Source: Azolla caroliniana (Eukaryota; Plantae; Polypodiophyta). Taken from it: a stretch of DNA of 64,000 nt. A program made the translations under genes and the position numbers. The stretch lies in NCBI GenBank assembly GCA_043228905.1, contig JBHGNT010000010.1:2046001-2110000 (forward strand), written 5' to 3'. Below the pieces are notes generated by a model. It did no database searches. It saw nothing but the letters and a program-made list of their open reading frames with translations, and was not told the DNA's origin. This document shows positions 1 through 13,100 of the stretch, one piece after another; the first letter of the stretch is position 1, and the number at the start of each line of letters is the position of its first letter.

Positions 1-559
1 AGAGTTATTATTTTGAATTAAGTTTTACTATTATGCTCTCTCTGTCTCTCCCATGTATTTTTAAGGTTCCATTAAACCTAACTGTATTCTATTGTTGTCC
101 GACTGAGCCGGTTCTGTCTTAGCTTATGCATATTCACTTTCACATGGTATCGGAGCTCGAGGGTTGAGAACCTCTACAGCCGACAAGCATTACTTTGACA
201 CCCGGTAGAGAACATAAATCGAATGTGAGAATGGATAGAGGAATGGCTAGCTTGCTCCCGATGGAGAAGCTCGATAGATCGAACTATGCATCTTGGTCCT
301 ACAAGATGCACTAGTAGCTGCTTGGACACGATTCCCGTAGTTATGTCAACGAAGCTAATGATACGACGCTTGATGTGACACATAGGGACTTCCCGACTTG
401 GGAACAAGCGGCAAGTAGAGTGATGTACTACTTTATGTCCAGTGTCGGCGATAAGCTGTTGAGCCATATTCGGGACGCCAAGACGCCGAAGGAAGCTTGG
501 GGAAACCTAAAGAAGGTCTTTGCCGCAAACACCACAGCCTAGAAGCTGCAAGTCCAACT

Positions 560-1198
560 TGTTGGGATTTCGGTCCCTCCGGATGGGATGTCCGGAGATG
601 AATGACGGCAAGCCCGGAGGCTGTTACGGAACCGTATGATGAAGAGTACCCGGCATGAAGCCGGATGAAGAGTACCCGGTTACGGAGCCAGATGCTGAAG
701 ACCCCGGTTACGGAGCCGGTTGACGTATGTACCCGGAGAGAGATCCGGATGCGGGGACATATCTGTGAATATGTTTGCCAAGGGCCCTTGAGGCTATATT
801 TGTAAATAGCCCGAAAGTCATATGTGTATAAATATGACTTAGGGCAAACAGTTTTGTTGTTGCTCATTTTCTATTTTCCACTAAGAGGGAGCGAAGTGAG
901 AGCAGCCGAGAGAGAGTGAGAGAGAAGGAGGAAGGAAGAGGTCGACGCCTCTGTGTAATACCGCCGCCTGTGGCGAGGACAACGAGCTCAAGGTCGTCGC
1001 CTTGCAGCTCGCCATTGTACATTCCCGCGTATAGTGATAGTTGGAGTCTTGCACTCCCGTGGTTTTTCCCATTTAGGGTTTTCCACGTAAAACATCCAGT
1101 GTGCCCTTCTCTCTATTGTTTTTCGTGCATTGTTGTATTTCCCGTTTTCTGTGAATCGATCCTGTTCCTCGGTTGTGGCCGAGCACGGAAGTCCGACA
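560..1198 (+). repeat. 5' LTR of copia A1
   Basis: TGTTGGG...GTCCGACA; near-identical to 5314-5952 and similar to 53622-54261. Confidence 0.97.
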
Positions 1199-1229
1199 AA
1201 GTGGTATCAGAGCGACGGTAACACAGAAA

Positions 1230-4200
1230 ATGGAAGGCGGCAGCAGCGGGCAGCCGGGGATGATGGTGCTAAATGCGCAGAACTACGCCGACTGGAAGAT
1301 AAAGATGGAGGATCTGCTCATTGTTCGGGACCTGTATGAACCGATCGACAGGTCGGAAATACCCAAGGGGGTACTTGAGACGGAGTGGAGGCTTCTGAAC
1401 CGGAAAGCCGTTGCAACCATTCGGCAATACGTCGACGTGAGCGTTCTACAACACGTGGCGAACGACACCAACGCATATGAGATGTGGCGGAAGCTGTCGG
1501 GCCTCTACGAGAGGAAGAATGCGTTGAACCGGACCTCCCTGATGAGAAAGATAGTGAACCTCAAGTACCGGGACGGCGAGAGTATGGTGGAACACGTAAG
1601 CACGTTCATGGGATTCGTGAACCAGCTTGCGGCGATCAAGTTCCCGTTGGAGGATGCAATGCAAGCCATCATCCTGATGTGTACATTGCCGGACAGCTGG
1701 GAGAACTTGGTGGTGACTCTCAGCACCTCCTGCACCGAAGATAACTTGTCCCTACAAACGGTAAAGACAAGTATTTTGAATGAAGAAGCGCGTCGGAGAG
1801 ATAAAGAACCGGTTTCTGATCAGAAGATGCTGCTTACCGAATCGGATCGGGGAAGATAATGGAACCGGAGTCCGCAAAGACGGGAGAAGTCGGGGACCCG
1901 GTCGCAGTCAAGAGGAAGGCCAACATGCTTCCACTGTGGGAAGCCGGGGCACTTCCGGAAGAATTGTCGGCATTACCGAAAGGACAACGGAGCCGACGAC
2001 ACCGATTCGAAGAAGTCACCGGAGAGAAACGGTGCATACCGGGGAGCCACGGACCGGAGAGGTCCGGATCGGCGAGGGCAGGACCGGAAAGGAACGACGG
2101 CACTCGCGGCAAGTGAAGAAGAGATAATGCTTATTACCGAAGAGAGGGAGCTGAACCTTGCCGGTGTAGAGATGACCTGGGTGGTCGATTCCGGAGCGTC
2201 GTTCCACCTGACCCCGGAGAAGAAATACTTCTCATCCTACACAGCCGGTGAGCACGGCTGTGTCCGGATGGGAAATGAAGGCACATGCCGGATTGCCGGC
2301 ATAGGAGACGTGTGGCTGTTGACATCAACCGGATGCAAGATGCTGTTGAAGGATGTGCGACACGTTCCGGAGGTCCGATTGAACCTGATCTCGGCCGGGA
2401 GGCTAGATGATGAAGGCTACACGGGTAGCATCCGGAACGGTGTCATGAAGTTTAGCAAGGGGAGCCTGATAGTGGCTCGGGCCCGGAAGGTCAACACCCT
2501 GTACCTGATGAATTCCCGGCTATGTCCGGAGGAGCTGAACGTGGCAGCCGACACTGCCGGTGAGTTGTGGCACAAGAGACTGTGCCACATGAGCGAGAAG
2601 GGGATGAAGAGGCTTGCAGAAGACAACCTCATTCCAGTGAAGCATGTGCATCTGGAGAAGTGCACCGATTGCCTGGCCGGTAAGCAGAACCGAACCTCCT
2701 TCCACTCAAGGCCACCGACGAGACGTAGCGCACCATTGGAGTTGGTGCACACGGATGTGTGTCAGGTAGAAACGAAGTCACATGGCGGAGCCCAGTACTT
2801 CGTGACTTTCATTGATGATCACAGCCGGAAGCTGTGGACGGCACCGTTGAAGACAAAGGACCAAGTGTTGTCCGTCTTCAAAGAACTCCACGCGAGAGTG
2901 GAAAGAGAATCCGGCAAGAAGCTGAAAGCGATACGAGCGGATAACGGAGGAGAATACCGGGGGCAGTTCGCGGAGTACTGTCGCACGAAGGGAATCCGGC
3001 TCGAGTTTACTGTGCCGAAGACGCCGGAACTGAACGGGCTGGCCGAGAGGATGAACCGGACCATAATGGAGAGGGTCCGGAGTATGCTAGCGCATGCGAA
3101 ATTACCCAAGGGGTTTTGGGCTGAGGCGATGTCGACGGCGACATACGTGATAAATAGATCACCCTCAGTACCTTTGGACGGAGACACGCCGCAGAGAGTG
3201 TGGACCGGTAGGGAAGTATCCTACCGGCATCTGAAGGTGTTCGGGTGCCTCGCATATGTGCATGTGGCTAAGGACCGGAGAGGAAAGCTAGATCCAAAGA
3301 CCCGGCCATGCATATTCCTCGGTTACGGCGATGACGAGTTCGGCTACTGAGTATGGGACCCGGTCGACAAGAAGATATTCCGGAGTCGTGATATCATCTT
3401 CATGGAGAACAAGACACTTGCCGACTGGGAGTCGGAGAAGAAGGTGAAGAGCTCCAAGTCGACCGGTGAGGATCAACTCTACGAGGAGCAGTCCCGACCG
3501 GCAAGAGACCGGTTAGCACTCGAGGATCCGGCCGAAGACGGTGAAGAAACAGAACCGGCCGAAGAAGATGAAAATGATACCGGAACCGGCCCCGATCCCG
3601 AAATGGATTCGGATGAAGAAAAATCGGAAGAACCGGTTACCGAAGCTCCGGAACGGAGATATCCTCTAAGAGAGAGAAGGGCCCCCCGGAGATTTCCGGA
3701 ACCAGAGCACGTGCTGCTAACCGACGAAGGGGAGCCGGAGAGCTTTGAAGAAGCAAAGCATGACACCCAGAGCCGCAGGTGGTTGAGTGCCATGCAGGAC
3801 GAGATGGATTCCCTGCATGAGAACCACACATATGAACTTGTGGAGTTGCCGAAAGGAAAGCGGGCACTTCGAAACAAGTGGGTGTTCAAGCTGAAACCGG
3901 GAGATGCCGGAAACCCCCCGAGATACAAAGCCCGGATCGTGGTGAAGGGGTTTCAGCAGAAGAAGGGCGTCGACTTCGACGAGATATTTGCCCCGGTAGT
4001 GAAGATGACCTCCATCCGGACGGTGCTGAGCATAGCGGCAAGCATGGACCTCGAGGTAGAACAGATGGACGTGAAGACGGCATTCCTTCACGGTGACCTC
4101 GAAGAAGAGATCTACATGCAGCAACCGGAAGGATTCGAGAAGAAAGGGAAGGAGCACCTGGTATGCCGGTTGAAGAAGAGCCTTTACGGACTGAAGCAGG

Positions 4201-5303
4201 CTCCCCGGCAATGGTACCGGAAGTTCGACTCCTTCATGACCGACGAAGGGTACCACAAAACGCAGTCTGATCACTGCGTGTTTGTGAAGAAGTTCGAAGG
4301 AGGAGACTCTCTAATACTCCTCCTGTACGTGGACGACATGTTGATCGTCGGACGGGACCAGGTCAAGATACGGACGCTGAAGAAAGCGCTTCACCGAACC
4401 TTCTCAATGAAGGACCTGGGTCCGGCGAGGCAAATACTAGGGATGCACATCATCCGGGACCGGAAGAAGAAGCAGTTGTGGCTGTCACAGGAGAAGTACG
4501 TGACAAAGGTGCTTCACCGGTTCAACATGTCGGAAGCAAGACCGGTCGGGTCAACCCTCCCGGGAAACTGCAAGTTGTCCAGCAAGCAAAGCCCCAAGAC
4601 AAAGGCTGAGAAGGAGGACATGATGAAAGTACCATATGCCTCTGCCGTCGGAAGCTTAATGTACGCAATGGTGTGTACAAGACCGAACATAGGATATGCA
4701 GTTGGAGTGGTGAGCCGGTACATGAGCAATCCCGGCAAAGAGCACTGGAACGCGGTCAAGTGGATACTCCGATACTTGAAGGGCACGGCAAACGTGTGCC
4801 TCCGATTCGGCTCCGGTAAGCCCGAATTCGACGGCTTTACCGATTCGGATATGTCGGCTGATGCAGATACCAGCCGGTCCACATCAGGGTATGTGATGAC
4901 GTATGCAGGTGGAGCTGTTTCGTGGCAGTCGAGGCTGCAGAAGACGGTTGCGCTGTCAACCACGGAGGCGGAGTACATGGCGGCTGTTGAAGCCGGCAAG
5001 GAAATAATATGGATGAAGGACTTCATTAGAGAGCTCGGTATCCGGCAGGAGGAGTACCGACTCTACTGCGATAGTCTGAGTGCCATCCACCTTGCGAAGA
5101 ACGCGGCCTACCATTCCCGGACGAAACACATCCAGCGTAGATACCACTGGATCCGGAAAAGAATAGAAGACAAGGAGTTCGTGCTGACGAAGATCCACAC
5201 GGACAAGAACGGGTCGGATATGCTGACCAAGGTGCTCACACCCGACAAGCTGGAAGCATGCCGGAAGAGGATCGGGTTGGAGAGACATCCCATGCCGAAG
5301 TGA
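1230..5303 (+). pseudogene. Copia gag-pol polyprotein (Gag-zinc knuckle-PR-INT-RT-RNaseH) in one frame with two premature stops
   Basis: ORFs 1173..1859, 2127..3350 and 3402..5303 share one frame. Motifs: CFHCGKPGHFRKNC, WVVDSGAS, WHKRLCH..C..C, FIDDHSR/DNGGEY/NGLAERMN, LLYVDDML, ALSTTEAEY. Stops are TAA 1857-1859 and TGA 3348-3350. Confidence 0.95.
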
Positions 5304-5313
5304 AGGGGGAGTT

Positions 5314-5952
5314 TGTTGGGATTTCGGTCCCTCCGGATGGGATGTCCGGAGATGAATGACGGCAAGCCCGGAGGCTGTTACGGAACCGTATGATGAAGAG
5401 TACCCGGCATGAAGCCGGATGAAGAGTACCCGGTTACGGAGCCGGATGCTGAAGACCCCGGTTACGGAGCCGGTTGACGTATGTACCCGGAGAGAGATCC
5501 GGATGCGGGGACATATCTGTGAATATGTTTGCCAAGGGCCCTTGAGGCTATATTTGTAAATAGCCCGAAAGTCATATGTGTATAAATATGACTTAGGGCA
5601 AACAGTTTTGTTGTTGCTCATTTTCTGTTTTCCACTAAGAGGGAGCGAAGTGAGAGCAGCCGAGAGAGAGTGAGAGAGAAGGAGGAAGGAAGAGGTCGAC
5701 GCCTCTGTGTAATACCGCCGCCTGTGGCGAGGACAACGAGCTCAAGGTCGTCGCCTTGCAGCTCGCCATTGTACATTCCCGCGTATAGTGATAGTTGGAG
5801 TCTTGCACTCCCGTGGTTTTTCCCATTTAGGGTTTTCCACGTAAAACATCCAGTGTGCCCTTCTCTCTATTGTTTTTCGTGCATTGTTGTATTTCCCGTT
5901 TTCTGTGAATCGATCCTGTTCCTCGGTTGTGGCCGAGCACGGAAGTCCGACA
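5314..5952 (+). repeat. 3' LTR of copia A1
   Basis: Direct repeat of 560-1198, preceded by a PPT and followed by TSD CAACT. Confidence 0.97.
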
Positions 5953-8900
5953 CAACTGAAGGACATGTCGGTGGCCGACTATACGGCCCAAATCAAAGAC
6001 ATCTGTGACTCACTTGCCTCCATCAATGTAACCATTGAGGAAGATGAGATGGTGCAGGTTTGTCTCGGGGGCCTGGCGTCAAAGTTTGAAGCATTCTTGA
6101 TGGCTGTCTATATAAGGGAGAATACCCCCTCGTTTTTCGACCTACAGTCAGTGCTCCTAGTGGAGGAGAACCACATGGGTGCATCAACGAGTACGCACAC
6201 TGACAACAGGATGTTGTACACAGAGGCAGATCAGCCCCGTGGTCGTGGCGGACGAGGCAGATCGGCACGCGGTGGAAGCGGCCGACAAGAGCTGAATCGA
6301 AGGCACAAGGTTGGTGTCAACAATAGTTCCGAACCCTCCGAAAGTAGGGGTAGTCAAAGCGGCGCTGGAAACCGGCAAGAGAAGACTGTGACGGACTATT
6401 GGTACTGTGACCAGAAGGGCCACAAAGAGAGCAAGTGTTGGAAGATGCGTCGATTCGGACAAATCCGGATCCGGGAAGGTCGTTCCAGGAAACCGGCAAA
6501 GCTCGCACTACGCGGAAGGATCGGAAGGACCCGGAACCAGTAAGACTGGACAAGGGCCAACCTTCATGATGAAGCACAAGGCGAACTCAATGAAGAAGAC
6601 CACTACCGGAACGGAGGAAGTATGCTACGTTGACTCCGGAGCATCAAACCACATGACGAGGCATGAAGAGTGATTCTCATTTCTGGAAAAGCCAGAGAAA
6701 CCAGGAGTTGTCGAAACCGGAGACAACACTCCTCACCCAATTGTGCATGTCGGAGAAGTCCCCTTAAGCCATATTGGACAAAAGGGAAAGCTAATTAACG
6801 TACTACACGTTCGACAATCACAAAGAACCTAGTGTTGGTCGGTTAGATCGTCGACCAATGGATGTAGGTGCAGTTTACGCACTTCGGGTGCTTCATTGAG
6901 GAAGAGGGCCAGATCATCGCACAAGGCCGCTGGGACGGGAGGATGTTTATCTCGACACCAACGACGTCGGCACCGCTATGCTCGCAAAGGCCACGTCAAT
7001 TACCAGAGGCTTCAGGGCCTGCAATTGAATTTTTTTTTTTTCGGATTGCCGAAATTCAGTGGCCGGAAGGCCCAAACATATGAAGCCTACTAGCTCAGGA
7101 AGCAACACCGGCTTCTGTTCCCCACCGAAAGAAACTAGAGCCATAAAAAGTTCAATCTAATACATTTGGATGTATGGGGACTGGCACAGAATGTTAGTCT
7201 TGGTGGGAGCCGATATTTCGTCTCCTTCATCGATGACTATAGCCGGCACACATGGATCTACCTCATCGAGAAGAAAAGCGAAGTTTTTGATTGTTTCCTG
7301 AACTTATAGAGTTTAGTCGAACGGGAAATGGAAAGGAAGATCAAGTGTTTGTGGTCGGATGGCGGAAAAGAATATTTTTCCGGCCAATTCAATAGTTATC
7401 TACAACAAATGGGAATTCGGAGGGAATTCAGTTGCAAATACACACCGAAACAAAATGGTGTGGCCGAAAGGAAGAACCAATCAATTGTGGAGGTGACACG
7501 GGCAATGCTGGAAGAGAAGAGCATGCCCAAGTTCTACTGGGCTGAAACGGTTTGGATGGCCGTCTACATCCAAAACCGGATCGGGGATAAGGTGTTAGCA
7601 CATGAGTCGTATTTCGGGCAAAAGCCGAATTTAAGGCACCTTAAGATTTTCGGTAGCATTTCATATGTGCATGTGCCGGATGAGAAGTCGGAGAAGTGTA
7701 TCCTTGTCAGTTATTCACATGAGTAAAAGGGTTATAAGTGCTATAAGCCCTGAACAAAACAAGTTCGAGTGAGCCGAGATGTCGAATTTGATGAGTCGGC
7801 ATCATGGTACTCTCTACCGACTCCGATGACCGACTTCGACCCGATTCCGGAGGATGAGGCCAGTGAGCCCGAATCGATCCGGGTAGAAGAGAGAAGGATT
7901 CGGTACTCTAGATGAGTGTCCGATCTCATTTCGGCTGAGCAGCCCGAATGAAGCGTTGAGTCGGATGAGCCAACGAGTAGTGAAGACTCGGTCGTGCTCT
8001 CCCCGCGCAAGGAATTGAGGAGGCGGTTCACGCGCAAAGAGAAGGGGAAGAAGAAGATGCCGGAGTACAACACCGGCAGAGATGAGTTAGATCGGAGCGA
8101 ATTCGACTCCAGACAAAACAGAGACGGACTTTCGGAAGAGAAGTCTGAGTCGGCCAAGAGGGCCACAAAATTGGTGAACCAAAAGTTGCGTCGATCCACC
8201 TGCCAAAAGAACCCCGTGAAGAGGTGCGGGTATAACGAATTGTTGAGATACAAGCTCAACATTGGGTGCGTAAACTGGGTGCGAAACGAGAGGCCGTAGC
8301 AGTGCGTAAACCGGGAGGCCGTTGGATAGATATTCCGTGGAGGAATATATTTTTGGGAGTTAGTAGGGGCTCATTGATGAGCATTGAAGTACGTGTTAGT
8401 ACTTCTGTCAGTTCGTATGGATTTGTATAAAAGTGCTATATGAGAATATCCTATGTATAGAGTTTTAGAGTATTATTTTGGAATAGTGTTTTTGTGCTCT
8501 GCTCTCTCTATCTCTCCTGCATAACGTTGTGTTGATTAAGCTTTCCATTAAACCTTCCTTGTCTCTTGTCTCTTGTCTGTTGTTACCCGGTTGTGTTTGT
8601 TAAGCTTCCGCACGTATTCTTTTGCATGGGATCATAGCACGAGGGTTGAGATCCTCTGCCGTCGATAAACAGACAAATCCTAATCACAGTGAAGAACAGA
8701 AGAAGGAAAGAATGGACAAAGGAATGGGTAGCTCGCTTCCAACGGAGAAGCTCGACAAAAGCAACTACACATCTTGGTCGTACAAGATGCACCAGTACCT
8801 GCTCAGGCATGGCTACTGGAGTTATGTCCATGGAGCTAATGACGCAACACTCGAATCGACACAAAGAGATTTTCCAGCCTGGGAACAGGCGGCAAGCAGA

Positions 8901-9304
8901 GTTCTCTACTGCTTCGCATTGTGTGTGAGCGATCAACTTTTGAGCTACATTCGGGATGCAAGGATGCCGAAGGATGCTTGGGGACATTTGAAAAAGATTT
9001 TCGCCGCGAGCACCACAACCACAAAGGTCCAACTCAGGCATGAGTTGAGCAATGTTTGACAACGAGATATGTCGGTGGCTGATTATACCTCCAAGATCAA
9101 GGACATGTGTGACTCTCTCACCTCCCTCAATGTAAACATCGAAGAGGACGAAATGGTGCAGGTTTGCCTCGGAGGGTTAGCGTCGAAGTTCGGAGATTTC
9201 CGAACTGCGGTCTGTACGAGGGAGAATATGCCGTCATTTTTCGACTTACAGTCGATGCTCCTAGTAGAGGAGAACCACGCGGGTGCGTCAACGAGTATGC
9301 ACGT

Positions 9305-10167
9305 TGTCGTAGTGTAATTCGTACACTACGTGAGAATTGCATTTTTGTCCCTTCGGATGGGACATGGAGAGTCGGTGAGAAATGGATGAAGAGGACTTGG
9401 TAAGGAGGAATCGGTAAGAACCGGATAAAGAAGACCCAGTGAGAACCGGATGAAGCAGACCCGACAAGAGCCAGATGAAGAAGGCCGGTGAGAGTCTCTC
9501 ACCGGATGAAGAGACATATTTGTAAATAGGAGAGAATATTAAAAATATTGTTACATCCATAGGGCAGGATTGAACCCTATACCTCATGTAAATAAACCCA
9601 AACTTTATTATTGTAGTAACTTATCATAAGTGATATATGACTTATATTTACACCTACTTTTACAAAAAGGAAAATCATGCACTTTTAGAGTGGGTGAAAC
9701 CTTTATCTAGAAGAAACATGCAAACAAAAGAAATGTTACCCATGCATATCTAGTGTGCATGAATACTATATTTAGAAAATAGAAAGCATGGTTGAGAAAG
9801 ACAATTCATGCACATCTAGTGGGCATGAACACTTTAGGAAAAAGCATGACGCTATGCCTAGCCTCTTCCATCACTATATAAGAAAGAGAGAAAGATGTAT
9901 ATGGGGTTGATTTCTTTTGATAACGATTGATTAATAAAAATATTCGTGGGATTCACGATTTTGCCATCTATTTCTCTCTTACATTCTAAGTATCAATTAA
10001 TACACTATACTCGTGGGATTCACGAGTTTCATATCTTCCTTCAAATATTTCTCTTTCTAGCAATCCATTCATAAGGAGCCTTATCTCATATTCTTATTTC
10101 TCCTAGTCCAAAACCCCAGCGGTTCTCACCCGACTCACGTAACGATCCGGTGCCGAAAGGCACGACA
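9305..10167 (+). mobile_element. Solo LTR of the tRNA-Trp gypsy group
   Basis: Ends TGTCGT...ACGACA. 4-bp TSD ACGT/ACGC at 9301-9304 and 10168-10171. The 3' end CTAGTCCAAAACCCCAGCGG resembles 26702-26763. Host gag is continuous across it. Confidence 0.85.
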
Positions 10168-13100
10168 ACGCTGACAACAAGATGTTGTACACAGAGGAAG
10201 ACAGGCCCCATGGTCGTGGCGGACGAGGCGAGTCAGTGCGCAATGGAGGCAGCCGACAGGAGCAAGATGGAAGACATGGTCGTAATGCCAACAATAGTTC
10301 CGGACACTCCGGAAGTATGGGGAGTCGAGGCAGCGCCGGAAATCGGCAAGGAAAGCTTGTCATTTAGATTCTCTATCGTGCAAAATAGAATTTCCTTTTT
10401 AAAATTCTCTCTTTGTAAAAAAAAATGTCACAGGGAGAGCGAGTGTTGGAAGAAACGCACCGATTCGGAGAAAATCACATCCGGCTCCGGGCGGACCGAG
10501 CAAGGAAATCGACAGCAATCGCACTACACCGAGGGATCCAAACGAGCCGAAAATGGATCGGGCCCAACCTTCGTAATGAAGTACAAGGCCAATTCGATGG
10601 CAATGAACACCTTGAAACCGAACGAGGTGTGGTATGTTGACTCCGGAGTGTCAAATTATATGACGAGTCACGAGGAATGGTTCTTGTACTTGGAGAAACC
10701 GGAAAAACAAGGAGTGGTCGAAACTGGAGACGACACTTCGCATACCATGAACATGTCAGTGAAGTTCCCCTTATCCATGTCAGGCAGAAAGGGAAAATCA
10801 CGAACGTGCTACACGTCACTACGATAAATAAGAACCTGGTGTCGGTCGGACAAATCGTTGACCGGGGGATGCAAGTTCGATTCACGAATCTCGGTTGCTA
10901 CATTGAAGAAGAGGCGAAAGTCATTGTGCAAGGGCATCAAGAAGGGAGGATGCTCATCCTCAACACCAATGAAGTCGGAACCACGTTGTTAACTTCCCGC
11001 ACAAGCGGTTCACCCATGTTAACTTCTAGCGGCTTCGTGAAATGCAGACGAAGAATATTGTTTTCGGATTGCTGAAATTTAGTGGCCGGAACGTCCAAGT
11101 CTGCGAAGCCTGCTAGGTCGGGAAGCAACATCGACTTCCATTTCCCAACGAGCGTAATCGAAGTCGAAATCCACTCGATGTGATCCATTCAGATGTATGG
11201 GGACCGTCATAGAACGTGAGCATCAGAGGAAGCCGTTACTTCGTAACCTTCATCGATGACTTCACTTGGCACACTTGGGTGTGCTTGATGAAGGTTAAGA
11301 GCAAAGTCTTTGAGTGTTTCCTAAAGGTAAAGAGCCTTGAGGAAAGGGAAACTAGGCGAAAGATCAAGTGCTTAAGGTTCGATGGCGGGAAGGAGTACTT
11401 CTCAGACCAACTCTCGAGTTATCTACAGAAGGAGGGAATTCGACGCGAATTCTCGTGTAGATACACGCCGCAACAGAACGACGTGGCCGAGAGGAAGAAT
11501 CAGACGATAGAGGAGGCGGAAAGGGCAATGCTTGAAGAGAAGCATCTACCAAAGTTCTATTGGGCCAAAGCAATCAGAACAGCTATCTACGTCCAGAATC
11601 AGGCATTTGCCAATGGAGGAGTGTCGCCACATGAGTTGTACTTCAAGAAGAAGCTGAACTTGGCACACTTGAGGGTTTTTGGTAGCATCGTGTACGTGCA
11701 TGTGCCCAAGGAGAAATGGAGGAAGCTGGACGCCAAAGCCGAGAAGTGTATCTTGGTTGGCTACTCGGACGAACAGAAGGGTTATAAATGTTATAATCCC
11801 CAAACCAAACAATCTCGCGTAACTCATGATATTGTGTTCGACGAGTCCACGTCGTGGTACTTGCCTTCGCCTCCAACACTTGACAACTCCATTCCGATCT
11901 CTGACGAAGAGGTCAGCAAGGCTCAAATGCCTCGGGACGAAGGAGACATCGGAGCTCTTGAAGAGAGTATGATCTCATTCAGGCTAAGTGGGCCAAATGA
12001 GCGACTGAGTCGGCATGACTAGTCAGACGCAGAGCCGACGAGTAGTGGAGACTCGGTCGTGCATTCCCTGCGTAGGAAGTCGAGGAGACGGTTTACACGC
12101 AAAGAGAAGGGAAAGAAGAAGATGTTTGAGTACGACACTAATAAAGACGAGTCAGATCGAAGCGAATCCGACTCCAAAAAGAATGAAGACGAACCTTCTG
12201 AAACAAAGTCTGCGTCGGCCAAGAGGGCCTCAAAATCAGCTAATGAGCAATTATGCCGATCTACCCACCAGAAGAACCCCGTGGTGCAGTTCGGATACAA
12301 CGAGTACATTGCGCATCATTATGCGTACATGGCGCGAGTGGCGGAAGTGCGTGAGCTAGAGAGCTATGCAGAAGCGATGAAGGACGCAAATTGGCGTGCC
12401 ACAATGGAGGAAGAGATGCATGCATTAGCAGAAAATGAAACATGGGGACCTGGTTGACGCCCCAAAGGGTGTAAAGCCGATTGGATGCAGGTGGGTGTAC
12501 AAGGTCGAGTACAACACCGACGACTCTGTCAACCGCTACAAGGCCCGGTTAGTGGCGAAGGGATACGCACAACAACACGACATCAACTACGATGAGACCT
12601 TTGCGCCTGTCGTGAAGATGACAACCGTCCATGTTCTGCTTGCGGTAGCTACGGTAAAGGGGTGACATTTTGTTGGGAATATATCCCTCCCGTGGGAGAA
12701 GCCGACAGAAGCCGACTGTCTGGAAGTAGCTGACAGTCGAAGACAAGGAAGAGCCGATTGTTCGGGCCAAGAGAGTCGACAGTCAAAGAGTTAACAAATA
12801 GGGAGTCAACTGATTAACTGTTTACTATTATTATTATAGTTATAATAATAGTAGCGATGTGTAGTAGGGGTTACACTTGTAAATAACCCATATGATGTAT
12901 TAGTATAAATACGCCTAGGGCAAATGTATAGTTGTGATCCTCTGTTGTAGAAAACGATAGAGAAGAGTGAGAATGGGATGGAGAGACAGTGTGAGTGGCG
13001 CCATAGCCGTGTTCTGTAAGAGCCCTGCGTGGCTGATACACTAAGATCAGAGAGTGTTGTACTCTAATCCCGTCCTTGTATATCCATTATATATAGTGAA

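Larger units (their letters stand above)
560..5952 (+). mobile_element. Full-length young Ty1/copia LTR retrotransposon A1 (Tnt1/Tork-like)
   Basis: 639-bp LTRs at 560-1198 and 5314-5952 (TG...CA, about 2 mismatches by eye). 5-bp TSD CAACT at 555-559 and 5953-5957. PBS TGGTATCAGAGC 1202-1213; PPT GAAGGGGGAG 5302-5311. Confidence 0.97.
1..8240 (+). mobile_element. Degenerate Ty1/copia element B1 (3' part of 5' LTR 1-144, PBS 145-156, gag-PR-INT remnants), interrupted by element A1 at 560-5952 and by B2 at 8241
   Basis: LTR ends ...CACA at 144, followed by TGGTATCGGAGC (tRNA-Met PBS). Gag starts MDRGMAS..EKLDRSNYASWSYKM at 231 and resumes after 5957. Protease CYVDSGASNHM near 6620; integrase YFVSFIDDYSR..SDGGKEY..QNGVAERKN at 7200-7500. 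Many stops and frameshifts. Confidence 0.85.

Noticed and set aside
433-1221. ORFs repeated in A1 LTRs (also at 5635-6008 and 53886-54308)
   Set aside because: Recurrence simply reflects LTR identity; no protein motifs
1857-1859. Programmed stop read-through in A1 gag
   Set aside because: Lies before the zinc knuckle, lacks a CARYYA-type context, and the related A2 has no stop there
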